A DNA stretch of 64,000 bases from the NCBI RefSeq assembly GCF_009914755.1, contig NC_060943.1, one strand, 5' to 3'. The notes below the pieces were generated by a model that was given only the letters and a program-made list of their open reading frames with translations, did not search any database and was not told where the DNA came from. How positions within the stretch are numbered: the first letter of the stretch is position 1; each line of letters opens with the position of its first letter. The stretch is from the human T2T-CHM13v2.0 reference genome, Homo sapiens. Below are positions 32,231 to 57,669 of this stretch, piece after piece. The position numbers were made by a program, and so were the translations under genes.

Positions 32231-34084
32231 TCAAAAAAAAAAAAAAAAAGAAAAAAAAATAGTCACATGGGAACACTTCTAGGAGGTATCAAGTTTCATC
32301 ACATAAAATTTAGCATTAAACTCAAAAATCAAAATACCAGGATATAGAACCAGGCACGACAGCTCACATCTGTAATCCCAGCACTTTGGGAAGCTAAGGT
32401 GGAAAAATCATGAGGGCAGGAATTTGAGAGCATCCTGGGCCACATGGTGAAACCCCATCTCTACTAAAAATACAAAAATTAGCTGGGAGTGGTGGTGCAC
32501 GTCTGTAATCCCAGCTACTGGGGAGCTGAGACAGGAGAATTCCTTGAATGTTTGAATCCAGGAGGCAGAGGTTGCAGTGAGCTGAGATCACACCATTGCA
32601 TACCAGCCTGGGCGACAGAGCAAGATTTCGACTCATAAATAAGACAAAAAAAAACCCTTAGGTCAAAATAAGTGAACAAAGCTTTTCAAGATACAGATAT
32701 GTCTTCCTCATGTGTCAAGTCAGGCCATTCAATTACTTGAGAGATTGTCCCATCCCATCCTGCTCACTTAAGTGCTCAATAACCCCCTCTCAGGAGACTC
32801 TGAACTATGCCCCAGTGAGTGCCTCAGGCACATTATACTCTGCAAGTTCTTACGCCATCTAACTGGGGTCAGTTTTTTGGTTTTTTGGGTTTTTTTTTGT
32901 TTTTTGTCTTTTGGAGTGCTGGGTATTTTTTTTCTAGAAATTTTTTTACTATTTTTCTTGCACTATTTTTCTGCCCCCTAAAGGAATCCAGGAGGCAGAA
33001 ATTATTTGTTTTCTCCTCAATACTAGTATCTGATTGGCTGGCCAGCAATGTGTCTCCAAGAAATGAAAGCTGAATTGGGTGAAGGCAATATTAATGTCTC
33101 AAGGAATTAACTTTAAAAAAAAGTGCACCAGGAAATGCCTCTCAGCCTCAGGGCATCCACGTCCACACTTGAGAAGCTAAACTCAATACCTCAGGTTGTC
33201 CTATGAGAGAATATGACCCAGAAGCTGATATTCACTAGACACTCTAGCACACATAGCCATGGTGGGTATCTTGGTTTATCCCCATACAGTACTGAAATCT
33301 AGGTCCAAGAAAAAACTGAAGGGTGACTGAAGACACATCACCCTATACAGTTTCCAAAAGGAAAACCTGACCCAAAAACATTCTGGTAAGATAGCTGCGT
33401 CTAGGGAAAATAGACGAAAAAAACGCACAGAGATATTTTACCATACAGTGTCAGGAGATTATTCTTTGCTTTCTTCTCACAGGGAGTATTTACCAAAAAA
33501 AACAAATCTTTTTAAATGTGCCATCAAATGCTTTGTCAAAAAAAAAATTAATTGGCCAGATGCGGTGGCTCACGTCTGTAATCCCAGCTCTTTGGGAGGC
33601 CGAAGTGGGCAGACCAGCTGAGGCCAGGAGTTCGAGACCAGCCTGGCCAACATAGTGAAACCCTGTCTGTACTAAAAATACAAAAATTAGCCAGACGTGG
33701 TCGTGGGCACCTGTAAGTCCAGCTACTTGGGAGACTGAGAGAGGAGAATCATTTGAGCCCAGTAGGCGGAGGTTGTAGTGAGCCTAGTGCGTCACTGCAC
33801 TCCAGCCTGGGTGACAGAGCAAGGCTCTGTCTCAAAAATTAAAAATAAAAATGATTAAAATCGGTATCAAAATGTACACTACAGGACAAATAGTTGATAA
33901 AGTGAATTAGGGAGGGGAAATTGGCATTTGGGAATGTCAGACGAAACTGGAAATTTAGTATTTTACTGCAAGCCAGAGTTAGGCTGGAGGAACAGGGGAT
34001 GAGGGGTGGACTTGAGGCCCTGCTTGAGACACATGTAAAAAATTCAGGGAAAAATCGTCCCCTTTTGAGTGTGAGAAAAATTAA

Positions 34085-34739
<655 letters not shown>

Positions 34740-34740
<1 letters not shown>

Positions 34741-35530
34741 CTTTTCGCGGTGACGCCCATAAATTTTTAATAGAAAAAAAGAGGCCCTGGGAACCCCACG
34801 GACTAAAGTGCTTCCTATTCATGAGCCAGCACCTCCAGTCAGGATTCTCCCCTGACGACCCTCCCGTGATCCCTGCACAATCTGGGAGAGACGCGGCGCT
34901 GCGGGAGCAGAGCTGCCCAGAGAGGGCTCCAGGCCAGGACACAGTCACTGGGCAGGGAAGAGACAGGACGCCCGGAGCCCGCCTGTCAACGCAGCCGCCA
35001 TCTTATCGCTGAAGGGGACTGAGGCCGAGCTGGGCAAGGAGAACCCGGGCACGGATTGTGGAGCTGACTGAAGGAAGGCCTGAGGCTCGCCACAGCCGCA
35101 TCCCACCGGTTTCAACGAGCCCCGTTCCCTCTCTCGGGACGTCGCACCTGGCAGTCTCACCATTTCTAGGCTTCCAGGGGTTCCTGGCATCTTAGCTGTG
35201 GCTCTCCAATACCTGCAGGTCACAGGGCCACACAGGCTGGGCCTCCTGGAGCAGAGGACACAGAGCAGTGAAGTCGAGACCTGGAAACTCCGGCGGCAGC
35301 GAGAGACAAAGGCCCAGCCACATCCCGGAAGCCGCCCTGTCCGCTCCAGCTTTGTGCCTGATTGGACAGTTCCCAGCCCAGCGTCCCTGATTAGATAACG
35401 TTTAAGGCCCCGCCTTCTCAGGCCCTGAGTGACAGAAGATGTGATCAGACACTGGGCTGAATGAAGAAAGAGTGACAGCGTAGGCTGCAGCCTTTTCAGG
35501 CAGGGCTTCCTCAGCTCAGCCAGGCCCACC
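34740..35530 (-). promoter_or_regulatory. ZNF91: ZNF91 CpG-rich promoter, 5'UTR and start of intron 1
   Basis: CpG-rich relative to flanks. ETS-like CCGGAAG 35325-35331, CCAAT on minus strand 35361-35365, GC box ~35408, YY1 consensus AAGATGGCGGC on minus strand 34994-35004. TSS probably ~35300-35345 (not determinable exactly). Confidence 0.85.
35161..35190 (-). CDS. ZNF91: ZNF91 exon 1 coding part (MPGTPGSLEM), 30 nt, phase 0
   Basis: acagctaag ATG CCA GGA ACC CCT GGA AGC CTA GAA ATG|gtgaga; joins KRAB-A in frame. Confidence 0.95.
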
Positions 35531-35908
35531 TCAGAGCATGGGAAAATCCTCTCTCTTCTTTGCTCTCTTTCAATGTATTCAAAATGTGAACAAAAATATT
35601 TGATGTATATTAATAATACATAAAATTTTTGTTCCAGAGAAAATCAACTTTTACTTTATTGTGTATTATCAATAATAAAGCTAATTTGATAAAACATTGT
35701 AAGTCTCTCAGCCGGGCGCCGTGGCTCACACCTGTAATCCCAACACTTTGGGAGGCCGAGGCAGGTGGATCTCCTGAGGTCAGGAGTCCGAGACCAGTCT
35801 GGCTAACATGGTGAAACCCCATCTCTACTAAAAATACAAAATTATTGAGCATGGTGGTGCGTGCCTGTAATCCCAACTACTCGGGAGGCTGAGGCAGGAG
35901 AATTGCTA

Positions 35909-36189
<281 letters not shown>

Positions 36190-36216
36190 TTATACATATT
36201 TTATGATCTCTTATAA

Positions 36217-36572
<356 letters not shown>

Positions 36573-36591
36573 TGAAGGAACCTTTAAGTAA

Positions 36592-36898
<307 letters not shown>

Positions 36899-37120
36899 TG
36901 ATCTGCCTATCTCGGCCTCCTAAAGTGTTGGGATTACAAGGCGTGAGCCACAACACCTGGCCTTAAACATTCTCTTTGAAGAATTAGTTTTTTTACATCT
37001 AGTGGTCTTTTATTAATTACATTAACCCTTAACAAACTAATTTTTAGTGAAATCCCTAGGAAGTAATTTTGAACTGTTTTATATTAATATTTGTAGATAA
37101 AAAACATTTATATATTTTAA

Positions 37121-37667
37121 TGTTAAATACAGTGAGTTCTAAATTGCTCTTCAAAGAATCAGTATGTCAGTATATTCAGCTCCCTGTTCTTCATTCTCCA
37201 TTTTAAAGTTTAACTTCTTTGTTGTTTTTGTCTCCAGTTTTAGTAAACAACCTTCCCGCCAGTTCTAATCAGTAGTTTACATCTGTACCCCTGGTCACCT
37301 GCTCCATCCTGAGTCACCCCTGGTCACCTGCTCTGACCTGAGTCACCTTGGTCACCTGTTCCATAACAGTAGTTCCCACCCAAACTGCTCACCCCACCAC
37401 TCTGGCTTGTACTCCTCCTCTCTTTAAAATAGCCAATGGGAATTAGCTTAGACTGTGCAGTCCAACCCTAGCCAATAGGGGAATGACACAGCAGTAGGGG
37501 CTACCTGCATCAGGGCTAAGAACTCCTTTCCCTCCCTTGTTCAGGTGTGCTCTTGCCATTGCTCCATTCGCAAGATGCACCCTTCTATAAAAGTAAATAT
37601 TGTCTTGCTGAGAAAATTTACATTCAAGTACTATTTCCTTTGCGGCATCAAAAATTTGCTTCTAACA
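37121..37667 (+). mobile_element. LTR10-family (HERV-I/IP10) solo LTR
   Basis: TGTTA...TAACA termini, 5-bp TSD tttaa, internal ~29-bp repeats GGTCACCTGCTC...TGAGTCACC, CCAAT boxes 37431/37471, TATA-like ctataaaa ~37586. Confidence 0.8.
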
Positions 37668-37923
37668 TTTAATAAAAGATTTTTTTTTTAATTTTCTGTA
37701 AACGAATCTAAATATAGTTAGCTTTTTTATAACATATTAAAGATTCTGGGCTGGGTGCAGTGGCTCACGCCTGTAATCCCAGCACTTTGGGAGACTGAGG
37801 TGGGTGGATCATGAGGTCAGGAATTCAAGACCAGCCTGGCAAATATGGTGAAACCCTGTCTCTGCTAAAAAATACAAAAATTAGACAGGCATGGTGGCGT
37901 GCTCCTGTAGTCTGAGCTACTCA

Positions 37924-38079
<156 letters not shown>

Positions 38080-38419
38080 TCATGCTTATAATCCCAGCAC
38101 TTTGGGGGAGCAAGTAATGAAGACTGTTTAAGCCCAGGAATTTGAGACCAGCCTGGGCAACATGGCAAAAACACATGTCTAAAAAAAATTTAAAAATTAA
38201 CTGAGCATGGTAGCCTGCACATTTAGTACCAGCTATTCAGGAGGCTGAGGGAGGAAAATTGCATGAGCCCAGAAGTCGAGGCTGCAGTGAGCCCTCATTG
38301 AGCCACTTCACTCTATTCTGGGTGACAGAGACCTTTTCTAAACAAAACAAAACAAAACAGCCAAAACATAGAAAGTTAAACTTACGGGGTTTTGTGTTTT
38401 TTTGTTTTTGTTTGTAATT

Positions 38420-39100
38420 ATTATTACTTCCAAAGTTTTTAAGGTACAGGTGATGTTTGGTCACATGGATAAGTTCTTTTGTAATCATTTCTAAGATTTA
38501 GGTGCACCCATCTCCCAAGCAGTGTGCACTGTACCCAATATGTAGTCTTTTATCCCTCACCCCTCTCTCCCGCCCTTTCTGCTGAGTACCCAGAGTCCAT
38601 TACATAATTCTTATGCCTTCGCATTCTCATAGCTTAGTTCCCACTTATAAGTGAGAACATACAATGCTTGGTTTTTTATTGCTGAGTTACTTAGAATAAT
38701 GGTCTCCAACTAAATCGAGATTGCTGCAAATGCTATTATTTTATTCCTCGTTAGGGCTGAGTAGTATGCATTGGTATATATATGCCACATTTTCTTTTTC
38801 CACTCATTAGCTGATGGGCATTAGGCTGCTTCCATATTTTTGCAATTGCAAATTGTGCTGCTATAAACATGTGTGTGCAAGTGTCTTACACATATAATTT
38901 CTTTTTCTTCATGTAGATACACAGTAGTAGAATTGCTTAATCAAATGGTAGCTTTACTTTTATTTAATGAATCTCCATACTGTTTTTCATAGTGGTTGTA
39001 CTAGTTTACATACCCACCAGCAGTGAAAAAGTATTCTTTTTTCACCACAGCCACGCCAACATGTATTATTTTTTGATGTTTTAATCATGGCCGGTTTTGC
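38420..39100 (-). mobile_element. L1 3' end fragment
   Basis: Reverse L1 3'UTR (cccacttataagtgagaacat...tatatgccacatttt). Confidence 0.8.
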
Positions 39101-39107
39101 AGGAATA

Positions 39108-39415
39108 TATTGGTTTGGTTCAGAAAGGCGGGACAACTCAAAGCGGGCGGCTTCCAGGTAAATTTAAATATTTTGTGGTTGACAAGTGGTGGAATCTGAA
39201 GACCTGGGATCAATGAAAGGGAAGGTTTAGGTTAAGGTAAAGGATTGTGGAGACCAAGTTTTATTGTACAGAGGAATCTCTCAGATAGGTGAATTAAAAG
39301 AGAGAGCAGTTTGTAAAATGTTTATTAGACCTAAACGGGTGCCTGGCTCTTAGTTGATTATCTCCTGGATCTGCAAAGAAAAAAAGGAAAACAAAAGGGG
39401 AAGGGGATTCTCTAC
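39108..39415 (-). mobile_element. MER4-family LTR fragment
   Basis: ggttcagaaaggcgggacaactc...ggggattctctaca resembles recalled MER4A reverse strand. Confidence 0.55.
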
Positions 39416-39417
39416 AA

Positions 39418-48190
<8,773 letters not shown>

Positions 48191-48328
48191 ACCAGGCCGG
48201 GCACAGTGGCTCCCGCCTGTAATCCCAGCACTTTGGGAGGCCGAGGCGGGCGGATCACCGGAGGTCGGGAGTTTAGACCAGCCTGACCAACATGGAAAAA
48301 CCCCGTCTCTGCTAAAAATACAAAATTA

Positions 48329-48472
<144 letters not shown>

Positions 48473-50104
48473 TCAAAAAAAAAAAAAAAAAAAAAAAAAA
48501 ATGACCAGACCAGGCACAGTGGCTCATGCCTGTAATCCCAGCAGTTTGGGAGGCCAAGGCGGGAGAATATCTGGAGCCTAGGATTTTGAGACTATCCTGG
48601 GGGCCACATGGTGAGACAACACCTATATTAAAAAATAATAATTACAGTTAAAAAAAAATATATATATATATGACCAGCGCCTGAAAAACATAGCAAGAAC
48701 ACATCTCTACTGAAAAAAAAAAAAAAACATAGATGATTGATTGGTAGACAGAGAGACACACAGATAGACAGATAGATAGATATAGATAGAACCAGTCATG
48801 GTGGCTCACGCCTGTAAGCTCAGTAATTTGAGAGGTCTAGGCCAGCACATCGTCTGGCTGCAGGAGTTTGAGATCAGCCTGGAAAACATGATGGGACCCT
48901 ATCTCTACAAAAATAAAAAGTAAAATATACAAAATAAAGCGCCAGTGTGGTGGCGCATGCCTTTAGTCCCAGCTACTGGGAAGTGGGGTGTCTGAGACGG
49001 GAGGATCACCTGAGCCCAGGGAGGTCGAGGCTGCAGTGAGCTGTGATCATGCACCTGCACTTTAGCCTGGGTGAAAGAAATCTAAAACAACAGCAACTTC
49101 AGTGTACGGGAAGGAGCAAGAGAGACAAAGAGAAAAAAAGAAAAAAACAACAGAACTCAATGTACTGTGAAAACAAACTCAAAGTGGTGCTAAAAAAAAA
49201 AAAGGAAAAGAAAAAGAAACAGAAAGATCCTGAGAGCCCCAGCTATTTGGGAGGCCAAAATAAGAGGATCAACTGGATGAGCCTAGGAAGGTAAAGAGTG
49301 CAGTGAGCCATCATTGAACTCCTCTGCTGGACCGAAGCTGTACTGTCCCGGTGAGAGCCATCTGGTCCACCGTAAACATTTCCAGCTGGCAACCAAGTCC
49401 TACGCTCGTGGCCCACATCCTGTACACCTGGCAGCCAGAAAGAGAAGCCAGCTGGTGGTGGAGGCAGAAGCAGAAGCCCACTGTGTCTACCGTACAGGCC
49501 ACATGTGGCACTCGCGGCCTGAAGCTGTCCCTGTTGGAACCTTATTTCCCCCAAGGCGGCCCACCTCCGCAGCCAGCCTCTAAGTCTGCCGACCTTCCTT
49601 CCTAAGCTTTGAATCCCTGGTCCACCCAAACGAGAGGCCAGCAGCCACAACTACTGGCCACAGCTCGCCACCCACATCTGGTCACCCGGTGGCCAGACCG
49701 AGAAGCCAACGTGTCCACCCTGCAGGCCATGTGTGGCGCTCGCCCCTGAAAACGTCCCTCTGGCGTCTAAGTCTGTGAGCTTCCCATCACTCCCTGGGTG
49801 ACAGAGTGAGACTCCATCTCGGAAAAAAAAAAAAAAAAAAAAAAAGATGATGGGGAAGAAGGGAGGGAGGGAGGGAGGGAGGAAGAGAGGAAAAGGAAGA
49901 ATGAAAAGGAAAAACAAGAAGAAAATAAAAGAGGACAGAGCATGGTGGCTCAAACCTGTAATCTCAACACTTTGGGAAGCTGAAATGGGAGAATTGCTTG
50001 AGCACAGAATTTTGACACCAGCCCTGGGAACACAAAGCAGAAGGAAAGGAGGAAGGAGAGAAGAAAGAAAGGTAGGAAGGAAGGAAAAATAAAACCAAAA
50101 AAGT

Positions 50105-50284
50105 TCAGGGAACATCACTCGCACTGATGATCAAAGGTCAGTTCCTGGTCAATAAAAGTAAACAAGCCTGTTTAAGATAAATTCCCCTATACTCTGTTGT
50201 ACCTACTCCTTGCCCTCTGCCTCAGGGTTATAAAGCAGCTGCCTTCAGCTATTCTCCCAGGAGGCTTTGCAAAACCTTCTGACT
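50105..50284 (-). mobile_element. Second LTR22-like fragment, inverted, fused to an Alu right arm
   Basis: Reverse complement of ~43405-43590. Confidence 0.75.
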
Positions 50285-51267
50285 AGAAATACAAAAATTA
50301 GGTGGGTGTTGATGAGCCTGCTTGTAGTCCCAACTACTAGGGAGGCTGTGGCAGGAGAATGGCTTGAATCTGAGAGACTGAGGTTGCAGTGAGCCGAGAT
50401 CATGCCACTGTACTACAGTGTGAGTAACAGAATGAGACCCTGGCTCAAAAAAAAAAAAAAATAAAATAAAAATAAATAAATAAATAACTTCTTACCTAAA
50501 TCTAGATTCATCATATTTTACAAAATCTAGAAACAACCTCAGAACAATAACAACTCCATTCCCAGAAAGAGCCTCCCAACCCCACCTTTGTGCCAATCCC
50601 AACTGCATCTGCCTGTGGATTTCAAGGTTTTCAAGGCTCTGTGGCTTCTCTAAGTATAAAGGCTCTGTCCATGGCTATTGTGAGCAGGCCAGGACATCTG
50701 CAGGGGAGGCTCCTCAGGCAGAAGAGCTGCTTTTTCAATGATCTCCCTTTGCAGGCAAAACTATCCTTAGCTTGCAGTCACTGAGTTCAGGCTTCTACTT
50801 CCCAGTCAGGATTATTCACTTAGTTTGAAATAAGAAAATGACCAATGTATGGCCAGACATGATGGCTCACGCCTGTAATTGCAGCACTTTGGAAGGCTGA
50901 GGCAGGTGGATCACTTGAGGTCAGGAGTTCGAGACCAGCCTGGCAAACATGGTGAAACCCTATCTCTACTAAAAACACAAAAATTAGCCGGGCGTGGTGG
51001 CATGCGCCTGTAATCCCAGCTATTCAGAAGGCTGAGGCACGAGATTCCCTTAAACCTGGGAGGCTCCCTTAAACCTGGGAGGCGCAGGTTGCAGTGAGCC
51101 AAGATCGTGCCACTGCACTCCAGCCTGGGTAACAGAGTGAGACTCAGTCTCAAAAATAAATAAATAATAATAATTAAAAAAATGACCAATGTTTCAAAAA
51201 AGTGCAAAATCACTCCAACACACTGTTTATAGAATAGTGTAAGGAAATTGTAAGACTTAAATTTTCA

Positions 51268-51620
<353 letters not shown>

Positions 51621-52819
51621 TTAACTATTTCCATGATAGATAATTTAATAAACAATCATATGTGAACATTTCTAGAAGATGTCAAGTTCCATCTCATAAA
51701 ATTTAGCATTAAACTTGGACATCTAGACAACAGAATACAGAACAGAGATTATCCACTGTTACAAATTCTAGACACCACAAAAAAGAGGAGCTGATGGTTT
51801 GAGAAATATATACAATGCACCAATTAATCTATCACATTTGCTTGTGGAAATATATTCACTTTGTATAGCCATAATGAAAAAAAGATTTTTCCTATTTCTT
51901 TTCTCTGGTAGCATTCCCAAAGCAAAGCCTGGGGTTCTATTTAAAATCATGCAACCAGGAAAAGCAGACATGAGAAACTTACTACACTCACTCTGGAGAA
52001 GATAAAGGTAAATAAGAATCTTTAATACATAAAATATATGAGTAGATTTTTCTGAAATATACCTTTCATAGTCTGACTTTTTAAACATCTTTTAAACTCT
52101 TCTGATAAAATATAAGTTACAGTTATTAAAAAACTGAAATAGAAATGTGAAAAAATCTTTCCAAGGTAAAAAACTCAGGAAGAGGCACATGCCACAATGC
52201 CTGACTAATGTTTTTGTATTTTTAGTAGAGACGGGGTTTCACCATGTTGGCCAAGCTGGAAATAATTTTTTACTCTGCGGCCAGGTGTGGTGGCTCATGC
52301 CTGTAATTCCAGCTACTTGGGAGGCTGAGGTGAGAGAATCGCTTAAAGGCGGAGGGAGGCTGAGGTGAGAGAATCGCTGGGAGGCAGAGGTTGCAGTGAG
52401 CCGAGACTGCACCACTGCACTTTAGCCTGGGCAACAGAGAAAGACTGTCTCAAAAAAAAAGCATACTCTGCACTAGCAGCATTAACACAAAAAGTTCTAG
52501 TAAACCCTGACACCCACTCAAATGTCACATCCTCTATAAAGCCCTCCTTGATTTTCCCAGTGCTATGTCACTGGCAGAATTGATCACTATTACCATTTAG
52601 CTCCTCAATACTTTATAAGTCTTTTTATGTACAAGGGTTATTCTCTCCAGAATAAATTAATCATTTACACACCTATCCATGCTAATGAACTATAAACTCC
52701 TATGGGGCAGGTATGTTGAACCCTGTTCATCTGTGTAATCCAAATGTCTGATACTTAATAGGTGTCATATACACATAAAATCAAAATGCTGTCAGGGAAT
52801 TATTGGAAAAGCTACCAAA

Positions 52820-53760
<941 letters not shown>

Positions 53761-55379
53761 GAAAAAATAATTTTAATTTTCTAAAAGGTTAGCTTTCTAA
53801 GACAAATGGTATGCGAGGAAATTTCCACAGGCCTAAGCCATCCAGCTGCTCTTCTGAGAGGCTACACTCTTCCTCCTCAGGCTGTCCTCTAAGAGATGAC
53901 CCAGGGGATGATATTCATTAGACACTCCAAGAGATATGGCCACTGTGGGCATCTTGGGTTATCCCTGACGGTTCTGAAAATCATGAACAAGAAAAGACCG
54001 GAGGGCTGCCACAAAGGGCCCTGGAATTTCTCCAAAGCAAAACTTCAACCGAAAGACCTACTAACAAGGTGTATGCACCAGGGAAGATAAAAGGACAGTC
54101 ACAGAGATTTTTTTTCTTTTTAACAGTGGAGTTCCAGAGGATTATTTTCTCACGTAACATGTTTACAGACTTCGGAGGTTGAGGCGGGTGGATCACCTGA
54201 GGTCAAGAATTCAAGAGCAGCCTGGCCAACATGAGGAAACCCTGTCTCTCCTAAAAATACAAAAATTAGCCGGGCATGGTGGTGGGAGCCTGTAATCCCA
54301 GCTACTTGGGAGGCTGAGGCATGAGAATCGCTTGAATCTGGGAGGCGGGGATTGCACTGCACTCCAGCCTGGGCAACAAGAGTGAAACTCCATCTCCAAA
54401 AAAAAAAAGAAAAAAAAAATTGTATACAGACAACAATTATTTTAAAACCTGCCATCCACTGCTGTGTAAGAACATGATTAATAATAAAAACACTGTGTTT
54501 GAAATGTAAAATAAAGGACAAATAGTTGATAGTGTTGTAAATTGGAGAGAGGAAGTTGTTCTCATTTCCACTTTTGAGAATGTAGGAACAAAGGTGGAAA
54601 TTTATAATTTTACTACAAGCCTGAGTTAAGCTAGGGTAAAAGGGTAGTGGATTAGAAGTCCTGCTTGCCATACATTAGGAAGTCACAGAGGAAAACCAGT
54701 CCTCCTGTGGAGTGTTATTTAAAAAGCAGGAAATTAGACTGAAGGGGCTCTAGTGCCCTGTGTTCATAAGTAAAAAATGTAAAACCTATCTCGGATTCAC
54801 TTCTTATAAATTATTTTAGGCAGAAACAAAATTCAGGCTTAACCTGCAATTAACCTCTGATTACATAACCAGGAAATTTCCACCCGAATCATACAAATAA
54901 GGTGACTACATAAACTGTAACCAATTCTTGAATTTGGTTTGCCTTCTCACACGCCCTTTTCAAAACCCTTCCCTTTTTGCCTTTCAGGTGGCCCACATAT
55001 TATGGCTGGGTGCTTTCCATTTCACTAATCACTGCTCAGATAAACTCGTTAACGTTTTAACGTTGACTCCCTTTACTTTGCAAGAGAAGAAGCTGGGCGC
55101 GGTGGCTCATGCTTGTAATCTTAGCACTTTGGGAGGCCGCGGCGGTGGGGGGATCACTTGAGTCCAGGGGTTCCAGACCAGCTTCCACCATGGCGAAACC
55201 ACTTCTCTACTAGAAATACAAAAATCAGCCAGGCGTGGTGGTGCAGGTCTTTAATCCCAGCTTTTCGGGGGGCTTAGGCACGAGAATCGCTTGAACCTGG
55301 GAGGCGGAGGTTGCAGTGATCACGCCATTGCACTCCAGCCTCGGCGACAGAGCAAGACTTTGTCTCAAACAAACCAACA

Positions 55380-55990
55380 AAATGTTTAACAAAAGAGACT
55401 GGGAGCCCCACCGGCCACAGCTCCTCCTACGCACACACGAGTCGGGATTCTGCCCTGATGACCCGCCTGGCATCCCTGAACAATCTGGGAAACACTCGGG
55501 GCTGCGTGCAGAGCTGCCCAGGGAGCTCCAGATAGGGCGCCGCAGGGACTGGGCGGGACGCGCGGGTCATTGCTGCGGGCCCAGCCACCATCTTGCGGCC
55601 AGAGGGACCTGGGACGGAGCTGCGCCAGCAGGGACTCAGGTCGGCAACCCAGGAGCGGTGAGGAGGCCAGTCCCGTCGGTTTCTCAGCCAGCTCTCCCCT
55701 CTCGGGATGCTCAACCCCTCACACTCACCCTTTCCCACCTTCTGGAATGTCCTGGCATCTTAGCTGTCTGTGCACGTCCCAGGACCTGCAGATCACAGGG
55801 CAACAGCCTGTCACCGGCTGGGGCGAGAGGGGGGCAGAGGTGGAGGACGTTGAATAGCAGAAAGCGATCCCAAGCTCTGGCTGCAGCGAGAGACAAAAGC
55901 CCCGCCAAATGCCGGATGCCACGCCCTCCTCTCCAACTGTGCCACTGATTCGATAAAGCACCAGCACTCGCCCAGTACCACTCCCTCCAC
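55380..55990 (-). promoter_or_regulatory. Orphan KZNF-type CpG promoter paralogous to the ZNF91 promoter
   Basis: Collinear homology to 34780-35400, e.g. gcagcgagagacaaa, gacctgcag.tcacaggg, gagctgcccag.gag and a YY1-like GCCACCATCTT. Confidence 0.85.
55729..55900 (-). ncRNA. LINC01224: First exon of a KZNF-promoter-derived transcript, probably lncRNA LINC01224 (downstream exons not resolved)
   Basis: acagctaagATG CCA GGA CAT TCC AGA AGG TGG GAA AGG|gtgagt (55758-55729). I found no KRAB or finger exons between here and ZNF91. Position and strand ~20 kb upstream of ZNF91 fit my recollection of LINC01224. Confidence 0.6.
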
Positions 55991-56175
55991 CCCCAGGAAA
56001 ACAGGCTAAAGCAGGGAGTGTCAACCATAGGGAATTACAGCCAATTAAGAAGTAAGCTGAGACTTGAAATGAACTTGCTCTTTCCCTTACCTGGGTCTGC
56101 TTGTATAATGCATCTTATTTGCTACTTAAGGGTAAGAAAAGAACATTTGGATTATTTTTGTTTGTTTGAGACTGA

Positions 56176-56475
<300 letters not shown>

Positions 56476-56944
56476 TTAATGATTTTGATAATGCAGGAAA
56501 GACCCTCATCCCATCCCTGAGTACCTCTCTCATCATGCTATACCACGCTGTTGACCACATCGTGGGATGGCCATTAGGAATGGGGCAGGGGTGGGGGAAA
56601 GCGGTGGCTGAGAATGGTTAAGCAAAAATTATGTTACCCAAATTTGTTTATTTTAGAAAGACTTCTCAATCATTCTGTGTGAAGTGTGTATTCCAGGGTA
56701 ATTGTGCCCTGACTGCACTGCATCTCAATCTGACTTCTCTTTTTTAAAATCACTGGATTACTGTCACTAATGGGGTATTTTATTTTCTATTTTATTTCTA
56801 TTTGAAAATGGCCAACTGTCCTTTGTGGGTGTCCTGATTTGATTTGCTGGGTTAGACCATGGAGGTAAGAGTGAGGAAATATTGGGTCACATCAGAATAA
56901 CTTATTCTCATTTAGAGAATATATAGGAATTTTTTCTTTTTTGA

Positions 56945-57669
<725 letters not shown>

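Noticed and set aside
34945-35529. 194-aa ORF over the ZNF91 promoter (and 210-aa ORF at 55316-55948)
   Set aside because: CpG-island read-through; only the 30-nt exon-1 segments have splice support.
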